Positions 15,470 through 28,208 of a stretch of DNA of 64,000 nt are shown here, in pieces (the first letter of the stretch is position 1; every line of letters starts with the position of its first letter). The notes under the pieces are model-generated. The model was not told the origin of the DNA and ran no database searches. It saw only the letters and a program-made list of their open reading frames with translations. The DNA is from Octopus vulgaris (lineage: Eukaryota), in the NCBI GenBank assembly GCA_951406725.2, contig OX597822.1, positions 4,092,001 to 4,156,000 of the forward strand, given 5' to 3'. The position numbers were made by a program, and so were the translations under genes.

Positions 15470-15570
15470 TAGCCTGAAGATTGACTATAATTTTAAATCG
15501 AATATATTTCAATTGAATTTAAACTAAATTGTAATTCGAATTTAATTGTAGCCATGAAACGTATGTAGTT
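15470..15570 (+). ncRNA. Degenerate hammerhead-like motif with long stem II
   Basis: CTGAAGA (15474), TGACTATAATT..AATTGTAGCCA stem, GAAA-CG-TA (15556-15563); stem I poor. Confidence 0.45.
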
Positions 15571-15804
15571 TTTTTTTACTTATATATTGACCATTCGTTT
15601 TTATACTTTTTGAGATCTAGTTATAAGTTGTATGTTTTATAAAAATATATAGTATTTGTTATTTATGTTTTGGTTTATGTCTATCACTGTTTGAGTTGCA
15701 TAATAGTGGTTTTATCTCTAATTTATATTTTGTATATTTATACTGTGAAATTTGATTTAATACTAAATTGAATTTTTCCCTGTAAGTTTGGAGTTATACT
15801 CCCT

Positions 15805-15932
<128 letters not shown>

Positions 15933-16056
15933 AATATATAAATCTTTTGGTATCGGTTTCCGAAACACATAGATGGTATAAATTATAGTATGTAAATAAT
16001 GGGTTGAAAAACACTTTGGGACACAAAAAATTCAATGTCTTTAAAATTTTCAATTA

Positions 16057-16581
16057 TTAGCTGGTCTCCGTGCTGTCAAAAATGACGGCTAATCGTAGTA
16101 TTTTATATATAAATAAGGTACAAAACCAAGATTTTGGTTTAATGATTCTTAAATTACTAAGTTTTTTTGTGAAAAATTTATTCGCAACTAACATCCTTCG
16201 ACTGCTTGTTTCCTTCAAAAGAATTTTCCTTCCTTTTTGTCCGACTTAAGGCCACATAAAGCTGGCTGTGACTAAATACAAGAGCTGGCAAGTAAATACC
16301 AAATACACAGAGTTGAAACGCTGTTTGATTTTTCTTTTCAGCGTTGAATGTTAACCATCCCACTTCCATTGCGCGCTTACACACACACACACACACACAT
16401 TTATATACCCCCTTTTACATACAAACAAATATATTCAGAGTTGAAACGCTGTTTGATTAATTTCTTTCAGAGCACAATTTTCATCATCCCACTACCAAAT
16501 ATGACATCACCCCTTCCTTCCTTATTCATCTACCACCCCTTCCTTTGTCATTCATAAATACAAGAGTATTATTATAGTAGA
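16057..16581 (-). mobile_element. Non-autonomous Helitron with residual Pif1-helicase C-terminus
   Basis: Minus strand starts A|TCTACTATAAT, ends with hairpin GCCGTCA..TGACAGC then CTAA|T (CTRR, AT target); internal GIYLPALVFSHSQLYVALSR matches the Pif1 motif VFSHGQLYVALSR. Confidence 0.8.
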
Positions 16582-17737
16582 TTATCTCGGTAACCATGGG
16601 AGCTTTGAAAAAATACAAAGCCCAGCAACACCACCAGATCATTCTACACATCTGTGTAATTTTTTTCTCGCAATTCCACTTAGCCATTTGACCGTGAATC
16701 CCAAGAACACTATTTCAAATAAATCAGTATAAAATTTTGATCATACTTTTCAGGAATTCGAACAAAATATTTTATCACGGACTCCTCCTTAACAGTAACT
16801 TCATACTAGCCTTCCTATAGTTGCATAAACATTCTAAAATACTCATACATTTCAAGCGGTTCATAATTCCTATTACCTGATATAAGAGCGAATCTCCGAT
16901 TCTTTAACGCTATTAACAGAGTTAGTATTCTCCACACACACAAAAGAAAAAACAAACTAAAAAGGCATAAATCATGCCAAAGCAAGCAATGCGTTCCCTT
17001 CAGCTTATTCCTTATGCAAGAATTCCGTTTCAAAGCCATTGTTAGCCAATTATAAATTCTTTACATATATTTTCAATTTCTTTTCCTTCTAGATGTATTT
17101 TACATTATTTTACAGTTTACATTAATCTAAGTAAATTAACCAGTTAGAAAATCTTTATAAGAGATGAAAGCAGTAACTCTGCTGAGAAGTAATGTTTGGC
17201 ACCACTTGAACCTGGTTGTTCTGTAGGAACCGGCGTTACTACCATTTTAACCCCAGCTGGTTAATCGATGCAATCTGCACCCGATATATATTGCAAGTAG
17301 TGGAGCGCAGCCCTACCAACTTCCAGCTTTGTTCGTTTCAAATTTAACGTGCTCGCTATTAAATGCACGCCTTCCTTTTCTCTCTTACCACCACATATAG
17401 CTAAAATTCTCTCTCTCTCACTCTCTCTCTCTCTCTCTTTCCTTTCTCTCTCTTTCTTTCTCCAGTCTCACACACACTCCCACACTCTCTTTTCTTTTTC
17501 TACTCTTCCTGCTTCCACTCCTGCTTCTCCCTAAATATACACACCTTTTCTTGAATTATTTTTATCGTACTTAGAAAATGTTAAAGTTGTACTTCTGGTA
17601 ATTGTAATACCGAGTCATTTTAGTTTATATTCAAAAATTTTATGACACTGTACTTCTAAAAGACTAATTTTCACTCGTTTGAACACATACTCGCGCACGC
17701 ATAAGCATACACATACATACATACAATTTTTTTTTTA

Positions 17738-17964
17738 TTTATGCGCCCTTTTCAAGCGTAGCCATGTTCATGGACCCGATTTCCCGGTTTCTGTGGCGTA
17801 TGTGTTCCCCCTAGAGTAAGTTGGGGCGAAAGAGTACAAAAGGGGTCGCCACCACCCCTTCCCGGAGCATTGTGGAGCTTTAGGTGTTTTCGCTCAATAA
17901 ACACACACAACGCCCGTTCTAGGAATCGAAACCACGATCCTCCGACCGCGAGTCCGCTGCCCTA
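17738..17964 (-). mobile_element. SINE family C (tRNA-Arg-like head), 5'-clipped, tail type 1
   Basis: Reverse complement of TTAGGGCAGCGGACTCGCGGTCGGAGGATCGTGGTTTCGATTCC..GAGCGAAAACACCTAAAGCTCC; tail as in the 42748 copy. Confidence 0.85.
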
Positions 17965-19940
17965 ACATACATTCATACATACATGCAACCATACATACAT
18001 ACATACATACATACATACATGCATACATACATACATGCATACATACATACATACATACATACATACATACATACATACATACATACATACATACATGCAT
18101 ACATACATACATACATACATACATACATACATGCATACATACATACATACATACATACATACATACATACATACATACATACATGCATACATACATACAT
18201 ACATACATACATACATACATACATACATACATACATACATACATACATACATACATACATACATACATACATACATACATACATACATACATACATACAT
18301 ACATACATACATACATACATACATACATACATACATACATACATACATACATACATACATACATACATACATACATACATACATACATACATACATACAT
18401 ACATACATACATACATACATACATACATACATACATACATACATACATACATACATACATACATACATACATACATACATACATACATACATACATACAT
18501 ACATACATACATACATACATACATACATACATACATACATACATACATACATACATACATACATACATACATACATACATACATACATACATACATACAT
18601 ACATACATACATACATACATACATACATACATACATACATACATACATACATACATACATACATACATACATACATACATACATACATACATACATACAT
18701 ACATACATACATACATACATACATACATACATACATACATACATACATACATACATACATACATACATACATACATACATACATACATACATACATACAT
18801 ACATACATACATACATACATACATACATACATACATACATACATACATACACACAAACATACATACATACATACATACATACATACATACATACATACAT
18901 ACATACATACATACATACATACATACATACATACATACATACATACATACATACATACATACATACATACATACATACATACATACATACATACATACAT
19001 ACATACATACATACATACATACATACATACATACATACATACATACATACATACATACATACATACATACATACATACATACATACATACATACATACAT
19101 ACATACATACATACATACATACATACATACATACATACATACATACATACATACATACATACATACATACATACATACATACATACATACATACATACAT
19201 ACATACATACATACATACATACATACATACATACATACATACATACATACATACATACATACATACATACATACATACATACATACATACATACATACAT
19301 ACATACATACATACATACATACATACATACATACATACATACATACATACATACATACATACATACATACATACATACATACATACATACATACATACAT
19401 ACATACATACATACATACATACATACATACATACATACATACATACATACATACATACATACATACATACATACATACATACATACATACATACATACAT
19501 ACATACATACATACATACATACATACATACATACATACATACATACATACATACATACATACATACATACATACATACATACATACATACATACATACAT
19601 ACATACATACATACATACATACATACATACATACATACATACATACATACATACATACATACATACATACATACATACATACATACATACATACATACAT
19701 ACATACATGCATGCATACATACATACATACATACATACATACATACATACATACATACATACATACATACATACATGCATACATACATACATACATACAT
19801 ACATACATACATACATACATACATACATACATACATACATACATACATACATACATACATACATACATACATACATACATACATACATACATACATACAT
19901 ACATACATACATACATACATACATACATGCATACATACAT
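17965..19940. repeat. Very long near-perfect (ACAT)n tetranucleotide array, ~2 kb
   Basis: Directly visible; rare GCAT variants near the ends; continues at 20265-20366. Confidence 0.98.
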
Positions 19941-20263
19941 CATCATCATTGTTCGACCGTGATCGAGACAATGGAATTTACCATGCTACGCCAGACTTCA
20001 CGGTCCATCATAGCATTACAGAGGTCCTGTTGCTGGATGCCTGTATCCCTGGAGATTACATCAGGGTAGGAGAGTGTGCGCCCTCTGGCATTGCGAGTAG
20101 ATGGCTTCCAGAGGAGAAGAGGAGAAATTTCCTCGTTTTCAGCTCTACAACAATGTCCAGCAAACTGGACTCTCTTACCTTTCACAAGAGATGACACAGG
20201 TGGTAATTTCCCATATATTTGCATGTTGGTTGGATGACGCTTCCACGAGAGATTTTGAGCTCT
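19938..20263 (-). mobile_element. RTE-clade LINE 3' end, inserted in the (ACAT)n array
   Basis: SWKRHPTN..RVQFAGHCCRA..LLLWKP..RGR..YPDVISRDTG..AMMDREVWRSMV, then a (GAT)n tail. Confidence 0.85.
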
Positions 20264-20399
20264 CATACATACATGCATACATGCATACATGCATACATGC
20301 ATACATACATACATACATACATACATACATACATACATACATACATACATACATACATACATACATAAGCTTAGCCATCACCAACTGACCTATATGACC

Positions 20400-20675
20400 G
20401 GATAGCTCGTACCACACTTTCGCTAATTACCTTAGTTGTTTATGTAGTTGTAAGCAGACAGCCATCTCTCGGTTCAGCCTCCCTTGAGCCAGCTAGCATG
20501 CCACAGATGGTGAGAAAGATGGTTGTACCAGCACTATACGAGGGCTCATTTGCAACAGAGTAGACTAGAGCAATGTGGAATCGTGCATTTCTAAAAGACA
20601 GAACGTACAACTCAGTCTAGAAATCGAACCCACGACCATAAAACTCTGAGCCTGATACCCTAATCATTCGACCAC
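20400..20675 (-). mobile_element. Old tRNA-derived SINE (diverged)
   Basis: Minus strand GTGGTCGAATGATTAGG (A box) and GGGTTCGATTTC (B box), followed by a diverged body. Confidence 0.55.
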
Positions 20676-21169
20676 GTATGTCCACACACACACATATGCA
20701 TATATATACACACTTGCACACAAACACAAACACACGATATGTTCGCATGTATGACTTTGCAATCAGACCTAAAAGAAGTATAGTATATGCTTTACAATCT
20801 ACTGTACATATCAGCTGCCCCAAAACCATGGAAAATAAAAATGTTAGATGTCACCGATTGGTCAGATCATGGATAACGTTATAAATACTTTCTGTGTTGT
20901 ATTATGCTTCTAAATTAACCATTAGGAAATTTGGTGTAAAGCGACAAGTCGGGAAATGTTAGTTTGGTTAGAATTAGAATGAGAAGAGGGAACTTATTTG
21001 AAAGACAGAAGCTCACAAAGCGTCGATCAGTTCTTAAACGTTGTTGCTCTGTTTATGATTTCCCAGGTGATGTTCAAGTTTCCAGCTTTAATTTGCTTTA
21101 ATTCCTATATGTGTTTGGATAGTGATGCAGTGTTTTCTAAGTGACTATGGTAGGATGATCTATTGTTGT

Positions 21170-22070
21170 GGTGGACGTGAGGCAAATAGAGAGAAAGATG
21201 GAAGATATATTAAGAGAGGGACGTAGCTGAGAGAAAGTGAAAAGGAATAACATTTAAACTGGTAAGAGAAGTATATGATAAAGGAAGTAGTTGAGTTGCT
21301 ACTGATGTGATACCGACAGTGAAAATATGGTGAGAAATGGAAGAAATAATCAAAATTTAGAAAGAAATTTAGAGCTTCTGGAGGAAAGGTTAATGAGAAA
21401 ATGAGAAACGGAGAGAGAAAGAAGAAAATAGATATTAAATCAGAGACTATAGGAGTGAAAAGGAAAGATGAAAAGAAGAAAGTTCTGTGAAGAAAAACTT
21501 GGAAAATATATAAGTAAAAAGTATAAAGGATTAAATGATGAAAATATAAAATAAGAAACAAATGTGAACGAATAAAAAGGGGATGAGAAGAAATCAGACT
21601 ACAGTTAAAGAATGAAGGAAGAAATAAATATGAATGAAGAAAATATTGAGAATATGGTAGAAAGAAAACATACGTGAAAGAGAAAAACATACTACAAAAG
21701 AAATAACGATAAACGAAAGTGAGAAATAAACATAGGAAGGAAAACAACGCAAAAAATATAAAGAATAAAACAAAGAATAAATAAACGATGTTTGTCTGGC
21801 AAGAACAAAAGAATGGCTGCAAAAAACTAAAACGACTGGAAAAGACTCCAAAAGTGAAAGTAAAGTGTGTAGAATTGAGAGAAATATTCTTGTAATGTCT
21901 GTGAGTGTGTTGTTGTCCTGTAAATATTTTATTGATCTTCATATTACTTGGAATTGAGAGAAAATAACAAATGAAGGCAAGAGAAACGACAAAAAAAAAT
22001 AAGGCCAGAGAAGTTGATTTCACTAAGAGAAAAAATGCAAAAACAAATTAAGAAACAGAAAACATGTTGC
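21170..22070 (+). repeat. Purine-rich (A/G) low-complexity tract
   Basis: Strong strand asymmetry of irregular GA/GAA/GAAA words with no clear period. Confidence 0.8.
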
Positions 22071-22490
22071 GGCAATCTTTGAGAAAGACGGTGGTCATAT
22101 AAATTAAAGATTAATCGATGAATGCTAACAAGTGTAATGGCATATAATTTAGGTATTTAGATTGATGTTGCTGTGTTTTTTGTTGTTGGATTTGGTTTCT
22201 TCTGGTGGCAATTGTAGTAGTGGTGGTAGTAATGATGTTGATTATGGTGAGAGTGATGGCGGTAGAGCTGTGGTGATCGTTGTGGTGGTTGTGGTGGGAG
22301 TGGTGGTGTGGTTGTGGTTGTGGTGCTAAGGAATCAAAGGAGTGCCTATTCTATAGCAACATTAGGTTATAATAATTGAAAATAGAGAAGAGATAAATAA
22401 TTCCTGTTTAAAACTTCGTAAACACCAGCTACATGCATACCAGTCTACATTTATACATGCACATATACACAAACACACATATATATATAC

Positions 22491-22522
<32 letters not shown>

Positions 22523-22638
22523 ATGTGTGTATACATATGTATTATTATATATTATTTTATTTTACAGATAAATTTCCTCTATTTACATAATATTGAGGTC
22601 TCTTTCTTTCTTTTGTTATCTTACCGTTTTTACCAATG

Positions 22639-22674
<36 letters not shown>

Positions 22675-22714
22675 CATGTATGTATGTATGTATGTATGTA
22701 TGTTTGTATGTATG

Positions 22715-22748
<34 letters not shown>

Positions 22749-23524
22749 TGTATGTATGTATGTATGTATGTATGTATGTATGTATGTATGAATGTGTGTG
22801 TGTGTGTGTGTAAAGTGCAGTAAGAATGGAAGACTGCTCAAATGATTTGTAAAGAGATTAGAATTGGCTGAAAATGACGTAAAATCGGAGAATGTGAGTT
22901 TGAAGTAAATAGAAGAGGAATATTTGTTTTGCTGGTGTGATTATGTGGTGGGAGACAAACACCATGAAGATCATTAAAAGAATAACTCACTCTCGTAATA
23001 GATTTTAGCAAGTATGAACTGCTTGAAATGTTTGAGTGATGGATATACAGTTATATACATATATATATATATTTATACATGCATTCGCAGACACACACAT
23101 ACACAAGCGCATGCACACACACACAAGCACACACACACACACACACATACATATACATACAGGCATGCACACGCACACGCATGCACGCATACACAGACAC
23201 AGGCATACACTCGCGCGCACACACATATATACATATGCATACAGGTATGTAATAGCTTTATATTCGAGTATAAACCCTGTAGTATACCGTTTAAAGCTGA
23301 TTCGCAGTAATCGGCTACCTGATGTGAACAATAGTATGGAAGTATGTGCTACTGGAATTCAATTTTTTTCTCTCATATCTTTATATATGTATGTGTGCAT
23401 GCATGTATGTGTGTACACATGTATGTATGTGTGTATGTATGTATGTATGTATGTATGTATGTATGTATGTATGTATGTATGTGTGTATGTATGTATGTAT
23501 GTATGTATGTATGTATGTATGTAT

Positions 23525-23900
23525 CCGCTTGATATTGGCTAGCCGAAGAAGTGGGTTCCTCCTTGCTGCTTTGCCATTGCAGCCAAGTAAGTGGAGATAA
23601 CTGACAGCTGTTCTGGGGCTGACATCATCTAATTGTGCTATGTTAGAAGCCTACCAACGAAGATATATTCTCCACACTTCTCTTTACAAAGCGAAGGGTT
23701 GTCAGAGGGACCTGATTGACCTGGGCGAAATGATATGGACTCCTTCCCCTCTCTGGTGAATCGCACAACTACTCAATGAACTGTAGAAAGCGGGATCCCA
23801 AGGTTTTCTGTAATTTTACACTTGGCTAGGTCCACCTTCAGATTGACCCAAAATATGGTCTCTTTGAAATTCGGACAGTTCCAAGACTTCTTTTGTACGT
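23525..23900 (-). mobile_element. Tc1-like transposase N-terminal fragment
   Basis: LGIPLSTVH*VVVRF..VSPRTAVSYLHLLGCNGKAARRNPLLRLANIKR (HTH plus RRKP-like linker). Confidence 0.7.
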
Positions 23901-24924
23901 GGCATGATTAAACGGTCACATAAAGAGCTTGAAACATTAAAATGTCAGTTGATAATAAATGTAAACCTTTTCAAGTTTAAATAAACATAAAACAGTGTTT
24001 TATGTTTTGTCTATTCACTTCCGTCATATCTGTGTAGATGCTCGATCTAATGAGCATATCGACGTTTCTAGGAAATGTCAAATAATCGCCTGGTGGCAAC
24101 AATCCTAAACTTCATGTTAGAGCGACTGATAATCTCAAAAAATCAGGAATTCTCCAAAAATGACACATGCCATTAAGAAAAAGACAGTCTAATTGTGTGA
24201 TACAACGGCAGTTACAGACAAGTGTTTCTGTAACAATAGGCGTCTTCAGCAACAGCTATCGGCCTTGCTTTTCTGCAATAGCCGGGAAAATTAAACATAC
24301 TCTTGAACTTGTATTAAGACAGTAGCATTAATTTAAGACACTCTCCACAGATACATACATACATACATATTGGGGTATTTGGGTATGTAACAGAGAAATT
24401 AGGCTTCTTAAAACTAGAAGAGAGAACGCTAATTCGAAGACTACGGATCCAAGCCATCAGTGGAATGGTAAACATATGTAAAACTTTCCAGAAGTTTATC
24501 ATTTAAGTATATATGAGCATGTCTAGACATGAAACTACAAGCAGGAAAATACATAAAACAAAACATACAAATCTGCACATACACATACATACATACATAC
24601 AGACATACATGTATACATGCATACATACATACATACATACATACATACATAAATACATACATACATACATACATACATACATACATACATACAAAAGTAC
24701 TCTGTTGATGTTGAAATTCCAATGAAGGAGCCTTGGATCTAGGTTAGAAACCGGTTCTTTCTCTATTGGCAAGAAATCTTGAAATAAAACTAAATAATGA
24801 TACACATATATATACATACATGTATACATGCATACATGCATACATGCATACATACATACATACACACATACATACATACATACATATATACCTACATACA
24901 TATTCACATACATACATACATACA

Positions 24925-25885
24925 TGCAGGATATCTCAGCAGCACCCTTAACCCTATTCTTCAGTGAAATTCTAACCATAATACGATCCTGTCTTGGTGA
25001 AGTTTCACGAGATCTCCCGGTTTCGGGTTTAGCATCTGTCGATCCTGATGACTTAAAACGTGTTGCAATTCCTTGCACAACCCTTCTAGACTTTCCTACA
25101 TTAGTTGCTATCCCAGTGTTTGCCATTTTTCTTGAGACCACAACACATGTTCGGTTGCAAAGGTAAGACGACACTTTTTATTCTTGGAGCTGATCAGTGG
25201 CATCACTGCAGGTGCTCTTGCTTGTAGGTCATGTTCAACTAAACGACGAGACAGTTTTTCGAGATAAAGTTTTCTTCAGTACAATGCTCATTTCCCAAGA
25301 AACAGCAGCATCAGTTTTAAATCTGTCCAACTTTACCATAGCACGATCTTCTCTCTTGGTCATTTTTCTTGGCCTACCTGTAGACTTTCTTGCTTCACAC
25401 GAACCACAATCATCGTAGACCTTAAGAATACCGTGAACAACACTTTTTGACTTGTTAACAATCTTTGCCATAGACCCAATACTTAAATTATCCTTCCTTC
25501 GAAGCTTAATAATCTGCTGACGAATTAGTAACGGAGTAAATGGCATTATATTAACAAAGTACACTGCAGATATTCTTACTAATGTTTAGTAAACGAACTG
25601 TCACGTAAACAAATTCAAAACATTAGAGTTCGCCGGTTAAATATACTAAAACATGGAGTAAAAGCAACCGTTCTGATCATTTGGGCCGCCATGGGTTTTG
25701 CAGTAACTCACTAAATCATCCTTAACTTTTGTATTTTCCTCTCAAATTGCACCAAAATCTCAGGCAATAACAATTAATATCGTATTTATTGTCTGTGAAA
25801 AGTATAGAATATATAACAACTTTGATAAAAACTTATATCTACTTTTCTGACGAAAACAATGCCGTTCTGAACATTTTGGCCGCAA

Positions 25886-25888
<3 letters not shown>
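24925..25888 (-). mobile_element. Tc1 left end and DNA-binding region fused to a second, different Tc1 HTH fragment
   Basis: TA|CAGTTGCGGCCAAAATGTTCAGAACGG terminus at ~25888 with an inner copy near 25668-25690; ORF 25235..25564 (STGRPRK) continues via frameshift to RLTFATEHVLWSQEKWQT; then GKSRRVVQGIATRF..TGRSRETSPRQDR. Confidence 0.85.
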
Positions 25889-25950
<62 letters not shown>

Positions 25951-25953
<3 letters not shown>

Positions 25954-26147
25954 GGAGAGCTTACGAAAGAAAAACAAAAGACGAAGACAGGTGGTGTACA
26001 AAACAAACACATGTATTAGTATAACGCTCCGGAATAGAAAAAGTCTTTAACGTTTCGAGCCTACGCTCTTCTACAGAAAGGGACACAGAAAAAAACAAGG
26101 AGAGAAAAAATGTGTGTAGTGGCTAACGATCTATCATGGCGCTGACG

Positions 26148-26148
<1 letters not shown>
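25951..26148 (-). mobile_element. ~200 bp PLE-type hammerhead-bearing unit inside (TA)n
   Basis: Minus strand CTTT-CTGTAGA-A-GAGC-GTAG-GCTC-GAAA-CG-TT-AAAG (26045-26080); (TA)n on both sides; homologous end to end with 55201-55396. Confidence 0.75.
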
Positions 26149-26243
<95 letters not shown>

Positions 26244-26699
26244 ATGAATGTATGTGCGACACAAAAGAAAAAGACATGAAAATCCAAGCAAAATACATTA
26301 TAGGCACTCTGTAGGGATCTAAATTGGCCGGTAAAAACCACTGTAGCCCATGCTGGTAGTAAATTTATTTCCCGTTGCTTGTCCAGTTTGCTGATTCGAA
26401 ATCTAACCACCGAATAAATATTGTATAAGGCCACAGAGTATTGTAGAAAATCACAAAAGAATGGAAAAATGTGCATTATTTAATCAGCTTACACACGTTT
26501 TGGATAGACTTGGAAATACCTTAATCGAATATATAAGCAGACAAAAGACAGGGGCCGTCTTTAAAAAGATATCCTTTGAGTTTGAAAATAACCTCAAACT
26601 ACCATTTAAAGAAGAGGACAGAAAGAGAAGTTGTCTGTTTATCTGGAGAGTTATAAAAACGAACTCGAAGTTTCTCAATAAATTCGAAACAAAATTAAC

Positions 26700-27050
26700 T
26701 CCAATGTTATAATTGACATTATAAAATAGGGCCATTTTCGAAGGAAAGAGCTCATTAACAGCAGACTCCTAATAGGTAAGTAACGTGAACAATTTCAAAG
26801 GATTTTCATCTCTCGCAGAATATATACCAATAAATAAACTAGTTTTACTTAGGGAAGTGACGACCATTGATTACGCCGACGTAGAATGGGAAGATGTTAT
26901 AACAGCCCTTGATGAAATTAGCTTGAACTCAACAACTAACCCTAATAGTTTTCCAGTGAGTTTCTTAAAGACTGGCCAGAAACTCTAGCAAGACCGTTTC
27001 AGATATGTTTCGATAGCTTCCTTGTATGTGGGAAGCTTCTCAAAATTTTA
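26700..27050 (+). mobile_element. CR1/L2-like LINE fragment (region preceding RT)
   Basis: EDVITALDEISLNSTTNPNSFPVSFLK..LARPFQICFDSFLVCGKL resembles the S.GPDG.P..LK..LA.PL..F..S..G.LP motif. Confidence 0.6.
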
Positions 27051-27654
27051 AACTAGAATTCAAAATGCTCGAACCCAAAAGGCGTTATCAGCACATCAAC
27101 CTTAGTTTCTCTAGTTAATGACCCACACAGATTTGAAGACTTGTTGAAACACTGAGCGACAAAGATGAATATTTGTTTGAGACTGAAGCTAATCGCATGC
27201 GGCCTCTTCAATGAGATTTCCGATGCAATGCTAGAGTGTATAAGAACTTGTGTCGCGAACTAATAATAGCTTGAAGTGTTTAGCACTATGCATTTAGCAA
27301 AATTGTTGTTCATACTCATCCTACGTGTAGACGTGAAAAAAGTAATTAAACGCGAGCAAGGTGCAAATGAAATATTTATCGAGCAACTGGTGGTGCTGAT
27401 TGCTTTTAATGGCACACCAAGAAAAATTACGATGCAATGAACAACCGATTAAAGAAAATTGTAACCTGATACCTTGCTGTTAAAGATCGACTAATTATCT
27501 GCGATCTGTAGAACTTAACTAACGGAATTGTAGCAGTTATTTGATATTTAAAATTTGTTCTGTATTTAAAATTGATCTACAGAATCATTCTATGAAATCA
27601 TTTCAATACGCAATCGTCCAATGACTGTTCGTACAATGTGTTTTTTTTGCGTGT

Positions 27655-27691
<37 letters not shown>

Positions 27692-28044
27692 AAGTATCAA
27701 TGTATGTATTTATGAGTATATGTGTAGGAGTGTAAGTATATATATATATATATGGGTGCAGTTTTCTTCTAGACATTATATTATGTACATGGTCGTGTTC
27801 TTGGTAGAGCAAGGCTTTTTTCCAAATTTTCCACTGAGTTCCCTTTAATTTCTTCCTTTCTCAGGAGCAGTAAACCTTTTAAATCCACAACCAATATACA
27901 TCGACCTTCATAAGCTTTTCTTCGGAATCAAATGACAGACGAACACACGGACAGGCGGATATACAGGCAGACAGACGGACGTACGGAGAGACAGACAGAG
28001 AAGCAGGCAGGCAGATACACAGATAGACAGACAGACAGACATAC

Positions 28045-28153
<109 letters not shown>

Positions 28154-28208
28154 TCTTTTCTGTCTGAAATATTTATGTCCAGATACGAAATCGTTTTATT
28201 ACCATTTA

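Noticed and set aside
17894-20194. Six ORFs of 628-719 aa (MYVC/HTYI repeats)
   Set aside because: Translations of (ACAT)n, which has no stop codon in any frame.
21160-22023. 287-aa hydrophobic ORF resembling a membrane protein
   Set aside because: F/L/S richness follows from the pyrimidine-rich strand of a low-complexity tract; no domain motifs.
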